A program made the position numbers and the translations under genes. Below are positions 1-12,319 of a stretch of 64,000 nt of DNA, one piece after another. Source of the DNA: Zootoca vivipara (taxonomy: Eukaryota); NCBI RefSeq assembly GCF_963506605.1, contig NC_083287.1, positions 22,754,001 through 22,818,000 of the forward strand. Reading direction: 5' to 3'. The notes under the pieces were generated by a model. The model did no database searches and was not told the DNA's origin. It saw only the letters and a list, made by a program, of their open reading frames with translations. Every line of letters begins with the position of its first letter. The first letter of the stretch is position 1.

Positions 1-1081
1 TTGCTACCCTCATTCCTACAAGACACACCATATATTTCTGCTTCGCAAGACCAGATACGGAAGACTTCAATACAATACTTGCTTACTGGGTCAACAAAGA
101 TGGGCTCTTATAGTTACTGTTGCTTCTGCGGCGCTAGACAGGACTATTATTTCACAGTGGCGCTCCTCAGCCTCTCGGCTGAGGTTCACTTCTGAGGCGG
201 CATTTCTATATGCACACTTAGCTGAAAGTAAACCCACCCATCCCATACTGGACACAGTGGGACTTGCTTCCGAGTAAAACACGTATATGCCAATATTCAA
301 AGATGGGAGCCAGGCTTGAGAATTTTCTTCATTAGTGTCGTTGTCATCTTGAGGAGACATTGGGTGACTTTATGATGCCCGTAAACCTTCAGGGCTAGTG
401 TGGATGTCAGATTGGTTTAGAACTTCCAGTGGCCCGTGATGCCATAATCACCACCACTAAAAATAGGTAAGCAAATGCGTGTCCCAGGGCTTGACAATAA
501 ATACTGAGGCTTGGTGGTTTTATTAATTTCATCACAGCCATGGGCTGTATGAGATGGGATTGGGAGAGCAAAAGGGGGAGGGGGGGAAATGTTGGTGGCG
601 AGGTGGCAGAAAGAGAGAGAGGAGTTGGAATGTTGAAAGGTTCACTTACAGCTCGCTTTATGACCTAAACGCTTAATATGCTCCTTTGCAATTTTATATT
701 AGCACATATGCTTAAAGAGGAAGCCTGGCTAAATTATGGGCTGAATTAAAATCAGGCCAAATTGTTTTTCTATTGTTTGACTCCCCTTTCTCCTCCGTAT
801 GCGCAAGAGCCCACGCGCGCCTTTCCCCCTCCTTTGCTCACACTCAGGCAAAAGGCAGCCTATATGTGGCAACATCAGTTGTACCCCGGGTACCTAGGCA
901 AGGGCAGCTATGTGGCAACATCGATTTTACACACACACAGAGAGATATAAAATTCAGCAGTGGACCTGAGAGCAGCTCATTGCCTACGAAACCAAACGGG
1001 GAGGGGTTGCTGGCGAGGGCTGGGATTCCATTGGCTGCACGCACTCGCCGTGGCGCGGGGGTATCTCTAATCATATCCAGC

Positions 1082-1405
1082 ATGTTTTGCACAAGAAATG
1101 TCAGCCAGAAAGGGCTATCTGCTCTCTTCGCCAAATTATTCCACCACGGCCATGGCATGCTCGGAGAGCCCCGCTGCAAACTCTTTTTTGGTGGACTCCT
1201 TGATCAGCTCAGCCTCGAGCAGAGGGGAAGGCGGAGGAGGAGGAGGCGGGGGCGGCGGAGGAGTTGGAGGAGGCGGAGGCGGAGGAGGCGGCGGCGGCGG
1301 CGGCTACTATCCCAACAACAGCGGTGTCTACCTGCCACAGGCGTCCGATCTGTCCTATGGGCTGCAAAGCTACGGGCTTTTCCCGGTCCTGAGCAAACGC
1401 AATGA
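1082..1405 (+). promoter_or_regulatory. Upstream ATG opening an out-of-frame ORF (107 codons) that overlaps the HOXA10 start
   Basis: ATG at 1082 is in the frame of the 773..1405 track ORF; MFCTRNVSQKGL...; CCAAT box (ATTGG) at ~1030. Confidence 0.5.
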
Positions 1406-2064
1406 AGGCCCTTCTCCAAGCGTGGCGGCGGCTTCTCACGCCTACATGTCAGGGATGGAAGTCTGGCTAGATCCCCCCAGGTCCTGCCGCCTGGAAGAGC
1501 ACGAGAGCCCGCAGGCGACCTCCTGCTCCTTCGCTCCCAACATCAAAGAGGAGAGCTCCTACTGCCTCTATGACGCCGAGAAGGGCCCCAAAGAGGCAGC
1601 GGCCACCGACTTGTCCGTTTTCCCAAGGCTGAGCTCGGAGGTCTGCTCCATGAACAACGTGACAGCCGCCGGGGTGCCCGTCCCAGGCTACTTCCGCTTG
1701 TCTCAAGCCTACGGTACTAGTAAGAGCAGCGGCAGCAGCAATGGCAGCAGCTACAACAACAGCAACCACCACCATCAACATCATCACCAACAGCAGCAGC
1801 AGCACCATCCGGGGCAGATGGTAGTTCCTTCCCAGTTCGCCCCGCAACCTCAAGTGCGCTTTGAAACTCCGCCAGCGTTGACTCCTGCAGTCCCACCGCC
1901 GGATCCGGGGAGAAAAGACAGCGAGGATTCATCCCCACCAAGCACCTTGGCTTGCGTGGCCCAAAGGGGTGAGGAAGAAGGGCAAGCTTCCTCTTCGGCC
2001 CCCGAAGAACTCTCCCCGGCTCCTTCAGAGAACAGCAAGCCCTCTCCAGAGAAGGAAACGCTAG
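1098..2064 (+). CDS. HOXA10: HOXA10 exon 1 (spliced protein 413 aa; a second in-frame ATG in strong Kozak context at 1152)
   Basis: Begins MSARKGYLL...MACSESPAANSFLVDSLIS, the HOXA10 N-terminus; contains IKEESSYCLY and VPVPGYFRLSQAY; donor CTAG|gtaagc after 2064 (967 nt, phase 1). Confidence 0.96.
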
Positions 2065-3237
2065 GTAAGCAAAATAAATAAATAAATAAAATTTGCACTA
2101 CTCTCTACCCGCCTAGCTCCCCCGCCCCCGCGCACGGCAGCCGGCCCCACTGCCACAAAAACCAGGAGGGTTGGGTGGGTGGGATGCGATAAGGGGGTGA
2201 GAATCGCCCAGAATACTCGAAGCCCCCTTCGCTGGCCAAAATGGCCATTCATAGAGCGGCTTAGCGTAACCTGCTGAGCTGCCATTCATATTTGGAAGCT
2301 GGGATGCTGTAAAGATAAATAAATAAATAAATATTGGCATATCCACCACTTCGAGTTTATGATCCGTACAAAAAGGAAATAAAATAAAAGCTGAGTATGG
2401 GTAAAATCCTAAAGCAAAAGCACAGAGGGCTTGAAAAGAAACAAAATAGGAAGAAAATGAAAAAGAGATAAATACAGCTCTGTATTTCCTCGCCCCAAGT
2501 GATGCTGAGGTAACTGCAGAGATAACATAGATGTTTGTAAAGCGTCCAAAGTAAGCAAGGGGCCAGCGCCAATAAATAAGCCCATTAACAGGCTAAGTTC
2601 TAGTTTACGATCCTGGATGCCTTAAAAAAAAGCAGCTGGGTTAAAATTCTCTTCTATGAAGCACTATCAAATTAGACTGCTGGAGACTGCGCTGCGAGAG
2701 GCTCTCCAGAGCGCTACAAGGCTTCTCTGTTGAAATATACTCAGGGTCATTGGAATGAATGGGAGCTCTACAAAAATGCCAGAGTTCCTGATCGGAGCTC
2801 AGTCATTCATTTCAACGCGCGGGGATGGCGAGTGGCTTTTGCAGAATAATTTTCCATTTCATTATGCCACTAAAGGGAATAAGAAAATAATAATAAGAGC
2901 TTTTAGTTGTTGTATCTCCCACAATTCTGAAACAGGACGCAATGAAGCATGTTAAGTGTGTACACATATATGCATATGCATATCGTTATCTAAGTGCACA
3001 CAGAGAGAGTTGGGTTTCCCGTCCCAACCCCACCTCCAGTTACATGTACTTCCAAAAAATAAAGAGAAACACACATGTGCTTTTAAAAAAAAAAGTGCAT
3101 CATCAGTGTGTGCTAAACCGCTAAACTGCCCAACGGTTTAAATTTAATGAATACATCGAATTTGGAAACGCACAGCCCGTTCCTATGCATGCTTGTTTGC
3201 TGCATCACTGAATTAAACGGGCTTGATTCTCAGTAAC

Positions 3238-3322
3238 GCAACATTCCTATACCCGCTTACCGCGAAGTAAGCCACACTGAACACAGTGGGACTTACTTCT
3301 GAGCGAACATGCCAAGGATTGC
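3238..3322 (+). mobile_element. Copy of the same ~80-bp dispersed repeat in the HOXA10 intron
   Basis: ATTCCTAT...AAGTAAGCCACACTGAACACAGTGGGACTTACTTCTGAG...AGGATTGC. Confidence 0.7.
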
Positions 3323-3890
3323 TCTGGAAGGGTGTGTGGGGTAGCTTAGATGGGATTGCAGTCCTCATTCGCCAGAAGTATTAGGCATAACAATTCGAAA
3401 AAGCCATCCAGGTTTGTTTGCTTTTTGGGTGTTTTTTGTTGTGTTTTTTTTTTTGATCGAGCGCTTCAGTGGCGTTGACCACATTTTTGAATAATCTGGA
3501 TTTAGGGGAGGGAGCAGGGGGCGGTCTCGGAACGAGTGTTTTGAGAACAAACGGCCAGAACTGAAGCAGGGGCAAAACCCTGTAAGACGCCACTGCCAAA
3601 GGCATTTGTGCGCATCTGTGTCAACTCCAAAAGCGAGCCGGTCTCTCAGACCAGCGAGTTACGGCAAAGTCAGGGAGTGTGTTGCAATGCTCGCTCTCCT
3701 TTGGGGGCTACCAATTTAAGAGGGACCCGGACAGGAACCCTGAAGGAAGGCCAGAGTGTCCTTCTCAAATTTATATTCGGTACTAAGTACAGTACGGAAG
3801 TGTCCCCCCACCCGAGCCCCGCTACGCCGCCCAAGTTTTCCTGGTGTTCTGGTAACCTTCCCATTTTTCTTATTTTTTCCTTAAAACTAG

Positions 3891-4165
3891 GCAATTCAAA
3901 AGGAGAGAGCGCAGCCAGTTGGCTCACCGCAAAAAGTGGCAGGAAGAAGCGATGCCCTTACACCAAGCACCAAACTCTCGAGCTGGAAAAGGAGTTTCTG
4001 TTCAACATGTACCTGACTCGTGAGCGTCGCCTAGAGATCAGCCGCACAGTCCACCTAACAGACAGACAAGTCAAAATCTGGTTTCAGAACCGCAGGATGA
4101 AACTGAAGAAAATGAACAGGGAAAATCGAATCCGGGAGCTCACAGCCAACTTCAATTTCTCCTGA
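3891..4165 (+). CDS. HOXA10: HOXA10 exon 2 (homeodomain)
   Basis: Pyrimidine tract and ctag|GC acceptor; [91 protein letters not shown]; phase matches exon 1. Confidence 0.97.
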
Positions 4166-5394
4166 TGAACCCTAGGCACGCAACTTGATGGTTTAAACAG
4201 CTAGGACGGTTCCACCCCCCCCTCCTCACCCACCGGTCTCCTCCCCACCCCCTAAGCCTCTAGCTACTCGCACCTGTGTGGGTTCAAGCCTTTCAATTAC
4301 ATCCTCAGCCTCTCCATGGCCTCTTGGTAATTGATTTCGTTGGGATGAAGCCATAACTGATGCACACTACCCCATCCATGTCCGCTACTGCCCTCAGTGC
4401 ATTCTCGGTTCTGGAAAGTCTGGCGCCGAGGGGGGGAAAAGGGTTTTCAGAACCCTAGATGCCTATTGTCCCCCCCTTCTCAACACCCCCTCCTCAAACT
4501 CCATTTTCAGAAAATTGAGCCAAATCAGAATGAAGGCAACTGGCGTTCTCTCCCACCGCACTGTAGTGATAGCTGGTGTTTTGGATCTGGGCCGAGGAAG
4601 TTTTGAATAATTAAAATCTGGCCACGCCGCTGCTTAATAGGAAGCATGCTTCTAGCCGATCCAGATAAAATCAGGTTATATAATATGGCGTCAGGAGCCA
4701 AGGCTGGCGCACTTATATGTTTGCTTGTGCCCAATCCCCCGCGTACTCAAAAAAATCTATATTTAATACGTATTACAACTTTTAAAATTGCCACGAAAAT
4801 GATACCTCTTCCCCCTCCTCCCCCCTTCCCCCCCCAAAAAGGAGAGAGGAAAGTCTTTGTCTCGCTTTATTGGCTAAAATCTTACACTTTCTGGTTGTAG
4901 GTAATGACTTGAGGTAGTTTTTGCTTTGGATACCTTTGGGTTACCGCTAGTTACGCTTGGCAAGCACATGAAAGGAAGGAAGGAAGAAATCTCCTCGCTT
5001 TGGAGAGGAGAAACGACTTTGTCCACGGAGAGGTGTGTTATTCTATGTATATTGGACCACCAGAAGAATTTTTTTCCCTGTCTTGACTGTGGGGGACAGC
5101 AAGGGAGATAAAAGTTTTTTCCCTGGTTTCCTTGATACTGTGAAGTTACATGCGTTGAAAAGGTCAGGCGTGTAGTGCAAAGAGAAGTTTTTTTAAAAAA
5201 GAAAAAATATCTATGAATACAGAATATGTATAAATGTCTATTAATATTAATATTATTAATATTATTAAAATGCCGATACTGTTGCAAGCAAAGCATTCTG
5301 TAGCGTTATTCTCGATGTTAGCTCTATCTCTCGTCCATCCCCTCCTTACCTTAAAACCAATTAATTGTAATGCTGCCCTGCATGGAAGTAAAGC

Positions 5395-5429
<35 letters not shown>

Positions 5430-5476
5430 CCCACAGGACAAAATGGAGACGTTGTTTATGTTTCTCTTGGAAGAAG

Positions 5477-5482
5477 AATAAA
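5477..5482 (+). terminator. Candidate HOXA10 polyadenylation signal
   Basis: AATAAA ~1.3 kb after the stop codon, followed by T/GT-rich sequence. Confidence 0.5.
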
Positions 5483-5589
5483 AGGCATGGAATGAACCAC
5501 CCTCTTTAAAAAAAAATACCTCGTTTGTGACTGTTTATTCTCATGGTCCTACTTTCAGATCTCCAAGAACTTTTACAACAGGAATAGTT

Positions 5590-5760
5590 TGCCCGAGCCC
5601 CCTGCAATTACTTTAGGAATCTATTTAAATATTACCTAGACGGTCGTAATTTGTCTGGGCCATATAGCAATGGTGCTGTAAGGTTTGTCGGCTTTTGTTC
5701 AGTTTTATGACTTGCTAGTATATCTGGATTGTTGCTGTCTTGGACGAGTGGTTTTAGTTG
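5590..5760 (+). promoter_or_regulatory. Candidate conserved non-coding element upstream of miR-196 with Hox/Cdx-type sites
   Basis: GTCGTAAT, TTTTATGA and TATTTAAA motifs in non-repetitive sequence; conservation inferred, not computed. Confidence 0.4.
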
Positions 5761-6802
5761 ACTGAGGAGCTGCACAGGCAGAGGAAGCCAAGGGCTATTT
5801 ATTTGCAAAGCTAGAGGACTTGGGCTTCTCTTTATTTATTTATTTATTTTATTAAAATAACTCGCTGGTTAATTCACGAGGAAGGATCCACTTTTATTTT
5901 TTATTTTTAAACCAAACAAAACTACCCCGCTAGACGCTCGGAGCTCTTTTCAACTCCAGAGGAAAACCTAGATGCCCCACCCCGCAAAAAAGACGATTCT
6001 GATAAGGTGAGCACGTGGGAACGAGGATCTTGAGCCTTGTTCTCCTTGATCGATCAGCTTTTCCGCCATGATTTTTCCTCCCCTCGCTACCTGCCTGCTT
6101 GCGGATGCGCTTAAGCGGAGAATGTTTTGGCCTTAAGGTTCTGTATCATTGCGCGTTGATCAGCTCCAGAATCCAGACAAAGGCAAATCGGGTGGGGAGG
6201 GAAGAGAGAGGGGGAGATTGGAAGGGGTGGGAGTGGAGACGGTGGTGATGATGGGAGCCTGAAAGGGCTGTGTAGCCATTTCTTTTTCCAGACTTTGAAC
6301 CCGCGCATCTTGATCGTCTCCGATAGCCTATGTATACAAGGATTCTTGCCTTTCGAGGCCTGTCTGGCCCCGCTGCCCCTTTCTCTAAGTTGCATTTTAA
6401 AAATAAATCATCCCCAATTCGATCCGTGGCTAAATTAGAGAACTATGATGGAACGTAGAGAGTAAGATTAAACGGAGTGACTTACAAAGTGGGCACAAAG
6501 GCGGTTTTAATGATTTGGCGGGTCCAGAAGAAGAGAACGAACTTCATTTATAAAAAACAACAACACAAAGAATGTGGAAAGTTTGTAGACCGAGATGAAG
6601 ACTTTGGTGGAGAGGGCGGTGGGGGGGGCAGTGGGAAGGGTGAGGTCTTGTTGCTGTTCGGTTTTGCGAGGGGAGTGGGTTTTTCCCACCCCCTCGGAAT
6701 CTGTTTCTTTTGGGCATTGGTGTCTCTCCATATTTATTCGTAGCGGGATCCTGTTTCGTAAGGAAAGCGGCAGTGGGGAGCCCTCTTAATTAGGAGGCTG
6801 AG

Positions 6803-6891
6803 AACTGGTCGGTGGTTTAGGTAGTTTCATGTTGTTGGGGCTGGATCTCAATCTCTCTCTACAGCACGAAACTGCCTTAATTACTTCAGTT
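6803..6891 (+). ncRNA. MIR196B: pre-miR-196 at the HoxA (miR-196b) locus; mature 5p 6818-6839, 3p arm ~6859-6880
   Basis: TAGGTAGTTTCATGTTGTTGGG at 6818-6839 pairs with CTACAGCACGAAACTGCCTTAA; basal stem AACTG...CAGTT; located between HOXA10 and HOXA9. Confidence 0.95.
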
Positions 6892-7488
6892 TGAAATCAT
6901 CAACCGGGTCTAATAAGAATAAGCGCCGGAGTCCATCCGTAGTAGTAATAGCAATACAATACTAATAATACCGCCTTTTACTGAAGAAATCTGGGAAGCT
7001 GCCATTCCTCGGCAGGCGTTAAGTCCCAATGCCATTGGCTTGCCTTCTGCGCGCCGAAAAAACCCGCGCCTTTCCGGCTGCCCCTCAATTAATCCATTTC
7101 AGCCAAGGTGGAAGAGGGGGGAAATGTTTAAAGGCGCTATTAGAGGAGACCTTCAAACTTAGCTAGGATCGGTTGTCTTCGGGTTTTCTCATGCAGGTTT
7201 CCTTCAAGGTCAGGTGCACTCTGCCAGTTTAGGAATGTCCAGATTTTATTGTCTAATCCCTATCAATGGATACTTTGATTATTGTCGCTGCTGTTGCTGG
7301 TGATATTATTCGCAAAAAATTCTGTTGCACTGCTGTTTTCCTCTCTATGTATTGGGTGTGTTTCAGTTACTCCGCTGTAAAGGGAGAGAATCTGGTAGCA
7401 ATTTCCAGCCCTGCTTACTGGTTCTCTCTCATTATATTTTATTGAGCTATATTGCGTTATGAGGTCTCGCCGCCCGTCCGTTTGCGCA

Positions 7489-7489
7489 A

Positions 7490-7547
<58 letters not shown>
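7489..7547. repeat. Compound (CA)n(GA)n microsatellite
   Basis: Seen directly. Confidence 0.95.
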
Positions 7548-7550
<3 letters not shown>

Positions 7551-10500
7551 CCTTGCTCTCCCTCTACGTACAGTGGTGGCCTTCAGAATCACCCTTTTTT
7601 CTCTCTGCTCTTTCTCCCCCTACCCCGAAGCTAGAACAGTCCTTCCAATGTCTGCAGGGAATGCAGACCCTAAGGGCATAAGAGGCGGAAAGAGGGAGCC
7701 CGGGGAGGCAGAAAAACTCTGGAGGGGGGACCCCAAGGATTTATCTGTAGCTCACAAGGCCTCGGTTACGATCATTATTGGAGTGTGTCCGGGCGCCTGC
7801 ATTCCAATGAGGCGGAATAAGCAACAGCGACCTCACTCGGGCTCCAGGCTGTTCTGTGCTGTCGCCTTGCCTTTTATGCGCAGCAGCCCAGCAAGAGGCA
7901 AAGGAGCTGCAGCGCCTTGTTTATACCGGATACACACATTGTTTACAGCTATTGTAAATGAACAAGACCTCTCCGTTCCATGTCCTGGGGTGGGTCCGGG
8001 TGCAGGGATATTGGGAAACGCACGGGAATATCCTTTATATTCCACACACACACACACCAAGTTTCCGAACGTTTCAGAGAACAATTAAAAGGGCTGGAGA
8101 AATCAGATTTGTTTAATTCTGCCTCCCACAAACACACACCATCCGGTCAATTTTTGGGGGAGACTTTGCCATGGTTGAATAACTTAAATGGCAAGTTCAC
8201 AGAATAAGTGCTTCGGGGCATTGCTGCTTATAATATGGACATTGTGTGGTTATGTATGTGTGTGTGTTTGCACGAATGCACGTGCCTAAGGTTTGGATCT
8301 AGAGGAGGTACATATTCCCACCACGTGAATACAGAAAGAAGGCATTGCTGTATGCAAGCAGCTACAATAGCCAGCCTTCTGTATGAAGTCTGTGCTTCTT
8401 CTGAATCATTCCACGATTGTTTGGTCATTTATCTCGAGCAAATCTTATTTAAAATCTAGAAACACAACAAAACAGACAACCCCAAGAACCCGGAATTATC
8501 CATATCAGTGCGCAATACATTACCTCCTACAGAATACAGTATTATCCAAATCCTATTTGGACTACTTTTGTTTCCTTTTTTTTTAAAAAAGAAATCTTTA
8601 TATGTCTCTGTGTGTACACATATATGTGTGTGCAGGAATGAGAGGGAGAAGGAGGTGGAATATATGTGTGTGTGTGTGGAGAGAGAGAAAAACGTTAGTT
8701 AATTACATTGCTTAGATATGTTTAGGAACATACTGATTACTTCAGACTCTGTGTAAAATAAGTAAATAAAGTGCGAGCACACACTTATAACCCTTAAACG
8801 GCGGTTTTATTTTTCCTTTAATCTGTCTGGTAGGTAGATTCAAGGGTTAAAACCTAATAATGTGTGTGTGTGTGTGTGTGTAACCAGATATAGTTATTAA
8901 AACTCTGAAGCTGCGACCATAAATGCACTCTAACTTGAAATAAATACTATTGAGATCAGCATAACATTTTTTAACCCGGGCGAAAATTTCCCGAAATGGG
9001 CGAGTCAATGTATGTGGGTTGTTTATATGTAACGGCTACCGTTCTGCACACACTTACTCGGGAGTAAGTCCCAAATTTATGTGTTCAGGGTAATGTCCAA
9101 AAACTGGTAGCCGCCTTATTCCAACCCGAAGCCTATTTCATTGGAAGTAATTAACAGTTCAAAGAAAGCAGGAATTCGGCTAATGAGGAACCTTTTTTCA
9201 TTTCCATATTATTTGTCACTAAATGGAAGTCAGCTATATGAGCTACAAAGCCGAGCTATTAAAAAAATATTCCTGTTTATACTGAAAAAACAATACTTGC
9301 ACCATATGAAGAAAATGGCGAAGCTAACATGCGAAGCACTTTGTATTTATCCCTTTCTATCATTTCGAAGGTGAATATAACAAACCATCTTTAAATTCTT
9401 TAATTTTAATGGTTCAGCAGCCAGCTTTTTTTTAGGGAGCTCGTGAAATGTTTATTCCTTTATTGTAACGCGAGCCTCACATTTCAAATTTCTACATGTC
9501 TACTCAAAAGCACTGAGTTCAATGGCGCTTCTAGGTAACTGGGTAAAGAGACTGCAGCCTTAGACTGCAAATTTACCCAGAAGTAAGTCCCACTGAGTTT
9601 AACGGGATTTACTCTGTAGTACGTGCCTGGGATTGCAGCCGGATCATTCCCGTTGTTTCCCACTCTCAAAGGCTTAATCCGGGATGAAAAGTCACTACCG
9701 CTTCCGAAACCCCAAAAAGTCATAAAAACATTTAGGAATCCTGCTGTTAAGATTATTTTTCTCCTTCGAGGAGGAAGGAAGTTCTGCCAGCATATTTCAC
9801 AACAGCTGACTCTCGATTTTAAACAAAAATGACGTAAGACTTCCGTCTTTCCAGGAGAGAAACCGACTAATAATAATATTTTCCTCCTCCCTCCTGTTGA
9901 GGATATAGCACTAAGGCGATCACATACTTTAGCTGTAATTACATAGGAAGACATTTGTCTACATTTTTTTTTTAAGAAATGGCTTTGTTGAGGCATGGGA
10001 AGAGATTTCCAGCATCGCCCCTGCGAAATTATTCCTGCTGAGGATCTGTGAAATATTAATTGTTTCTTGTAATCTCGGGACCTTATGTCAAAAAAAGAGA
10101 ACTGACTGCTAATTTAAGTTTTTCTCAAGACTCAGCTATTGGAGAAGTATGAAAGGGGAAAAGAACGCTGACGTGATGTAAAGCTAATGAGAACCATACT
10201 TTTTGCGTTCACAATATTCACAGACGAATTTCATTAGCACGCGGTTTCCTTGCTATTTGCCCCGTCTCTAGCCTGACGAAGAGTTAAAAAAAATAAAAAA
10301 TAAAATAAAATACAGAGATCCTTATTCTATTCCCCCTCCTCCCACTAGCAGAACACAGCATTTCTTTCCAAAGAAAGAAAGAGAGAAATAAATAGGGGAA
10401 AAACGTGTAGGACAATGAATGCAAATGTCACCGACAACCCACCATTTAGTCATAACTTTAATCCACAACACTGGACTTGATCTGAGAACCGTATCACCTT

Positions 10501-11539
10501 CTCCTTGTTTTTCCTAGACGGCGGTAACCCTCCGCCGCTTACAGAAGCCATATAAGAACGTGCCAGAGAGTAAATAACTATTTGCACCTAAAATCGGCTC
10601 GGGAATGCGATCCGCCAGCGGGGATACTGCATAAAAAATGCAAGGGCGAACGAGGGTGCCCCTTTAAGGCAGGCGACAGGCAGGCTTTTTGCTCCTATTT
10701 GCTTTCATGCATGCTTAGGAATTAATCGTCATGAAGAGTGTGTGAATGTGTATTTTGTGTGTGTGTGTGTGTATTCCTTCCCCACCCATCCACAGACAGA
10801 CACAGTCTCACACACTCACAGTCTCCAATATAGCTGTGCTTTATCCGGTTCTTGACAGAATGTGTAGTTACACTTCAGAGAGAGAGAGAGAGAGAGAGAC
10901 AGAAGGGAGAAAATGCCCAGTGGCCGTGGATCCCCCGCCGCAGTCAACTTGATCGAGGGGGATGTGTCCGCTCAGTTTTATTCCCGCATAAAAGTTCTCT
11001 TTTGTATTCCTCCTCTTGACTTGGTCTCTTCCTTTCACCAAAAAAATAAAAAATTATAAAGGTTATCTAGTTGTCAAACCTGCATCAAATAACAGGGCAT
11101 CAAATAACTTCTTGATAAAATTTCACAATATTATTTAAAAGAAAAATAGCAAGAAGGGTAATTATCTCCCACACCTGCAGGTTAAGCTAGTATTTGTGGC
11201 AGAATTGAAATGTGCCAGCGGTTCCTTGCCTTATTCTGCTGCTGGAATTATTTCGGGGGCTGTGCAGGGGGTGAGGGGAGAGGGAGAAGAGAAAGAGATT
11301 ATCGAGGAGCCAGGAGGTGGGTGTTTGGGATTCCTGGGCTGTGGGTCCAAGAACTCTTAGATCGGAGGTGCAGATAAAGATGCAAATTTCGATATCGATT
11401 TGAGATCTCTCGCCCCCAGCCCCAGTTATCCTCCTGCTCTGTTCGGCGGTGGGCTGTAGGAGAAGGCAGATTCCCTTTTCGAAAGGGGAATCGTGTTGCA
11501 TTTGACTTTTCCCTGCCAGCCCCAGTTAGCTCTGAACTC

Positions 11540-11810
11540 AACGGCACAGTATTATTTACAGTGAGTTCCCAAACTAAACACAATAGTATAATTTAACCTT
11601 TCCAGGCACTCGTAAATTTTTACTGCTGTGAAACACAGCGATGCAAATGAATATGCTCGTAGTTACTGACTTAATAACAACCCCGTGGCTCCCGAAACAA
11701 TAACTCCTTATGAAATATAATAAATATATATTTAAATACAGTATGCCGCCAATGTTATTTTGCTTTTTTTATTGCTTCAATTATTGTATAATTTTATGTG
11801 AAGGTCTCCG
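11540..11810 (+). promoter_or_regulatory. Candidate conserved upstream element of HOXA9
   Basis: CTCGTAAA (AbdB-type), ATGCAAAT octamer at 11641, TTTTATG and TTATG sites in AT-rich unique sequence. Confidence 0.45.
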
Positions 11811-12039
11811 ATCACAAGAAGGGTAGCCTGTCTGTCTGTCTGTGTGTGTGTGTGTGTGTGTATGTGTGTGTGTGAGAGAGAGACTTGGCTTTTTTTTTTT
11901 TTTGCAAGGAACACGGGCCATTGATGGGATGATTAATTATGATATAAAATAGTCCGCTTTAGAAAGGTGGCCATACCCAAAATTCTGATCTTTTAATCTT
12001 GATCAGCCACAATTAAAACAAATATTGCCGTACAAGTTG

Positions 12040-12262
12040 TCTATCCCTTTGCATAAAAACATATGGCTTTGCTATAAAAATGATGACGGGAAAACACTGA
12101 CCCATTAATAGCCTGCGGACTGATTTATACTTTATTGTTCTGCTGCCCGGCCATGTGACGCGAGGCAGCCAATGGGCTGACAGGCAGCCTTCAACTTATT
12201 AGGTGACTGTACTTCTTCGTGAGGACCAAGTTGTTACATGAAATCTGCAGTTTCATAATTTC
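12040..12262 (+). promoter_or_regulatory. HOXA9 proximal promoter and leader (region described in mammals as an 'IRES-like' element or promoter)
   Basis: TGATTTAT Pbx/Hox site (12121), E-box CATGTGAC (~12152), CCAAT (~12169); sequence resembles the mammalian Hoxa9 upstream region as recalled. Confidence 0.7.
12238..12258 (+). promoter_or_regulatory. HOXA9 uORF MKSAVS*
   Basis: ATG AAA TCT GCA GTT TCA TAA ending 61 nt before the 12320 ATG. Confidence 0.7.
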
Positions 12263-12319
12263 GCCAGGTCTTGCCTCTCCTTTTTTTTGCATTGGGGCTG
12301 GGGCTTGGCTTGGATGGCT

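Noticed and set aside
3608-3890. N-terminal extensions of exon-2 ORFs in the track (also 13988, 24432, 39041, 53530)
   Set aside because: Intronic sequence upstream of clear acceptors; homology begins exactly at the AG.
4910-4920. let-7-like TGAGGTAG in the HOXA10 3'UTR
   Set aside because: Only a short seed-length match with no hairpin.
7459-8088. 209-aa ORF
   Set aside because: Runs through CA/GA microsatellites and shows no recognisable domain.
9484-9996. 170-aa minus-strand ORF as a possible transposase or RT fragment
   Set aside because: No catalytic motifs; it overlaps a short non-coding repeat. No autonomous transposon was seen in the window.
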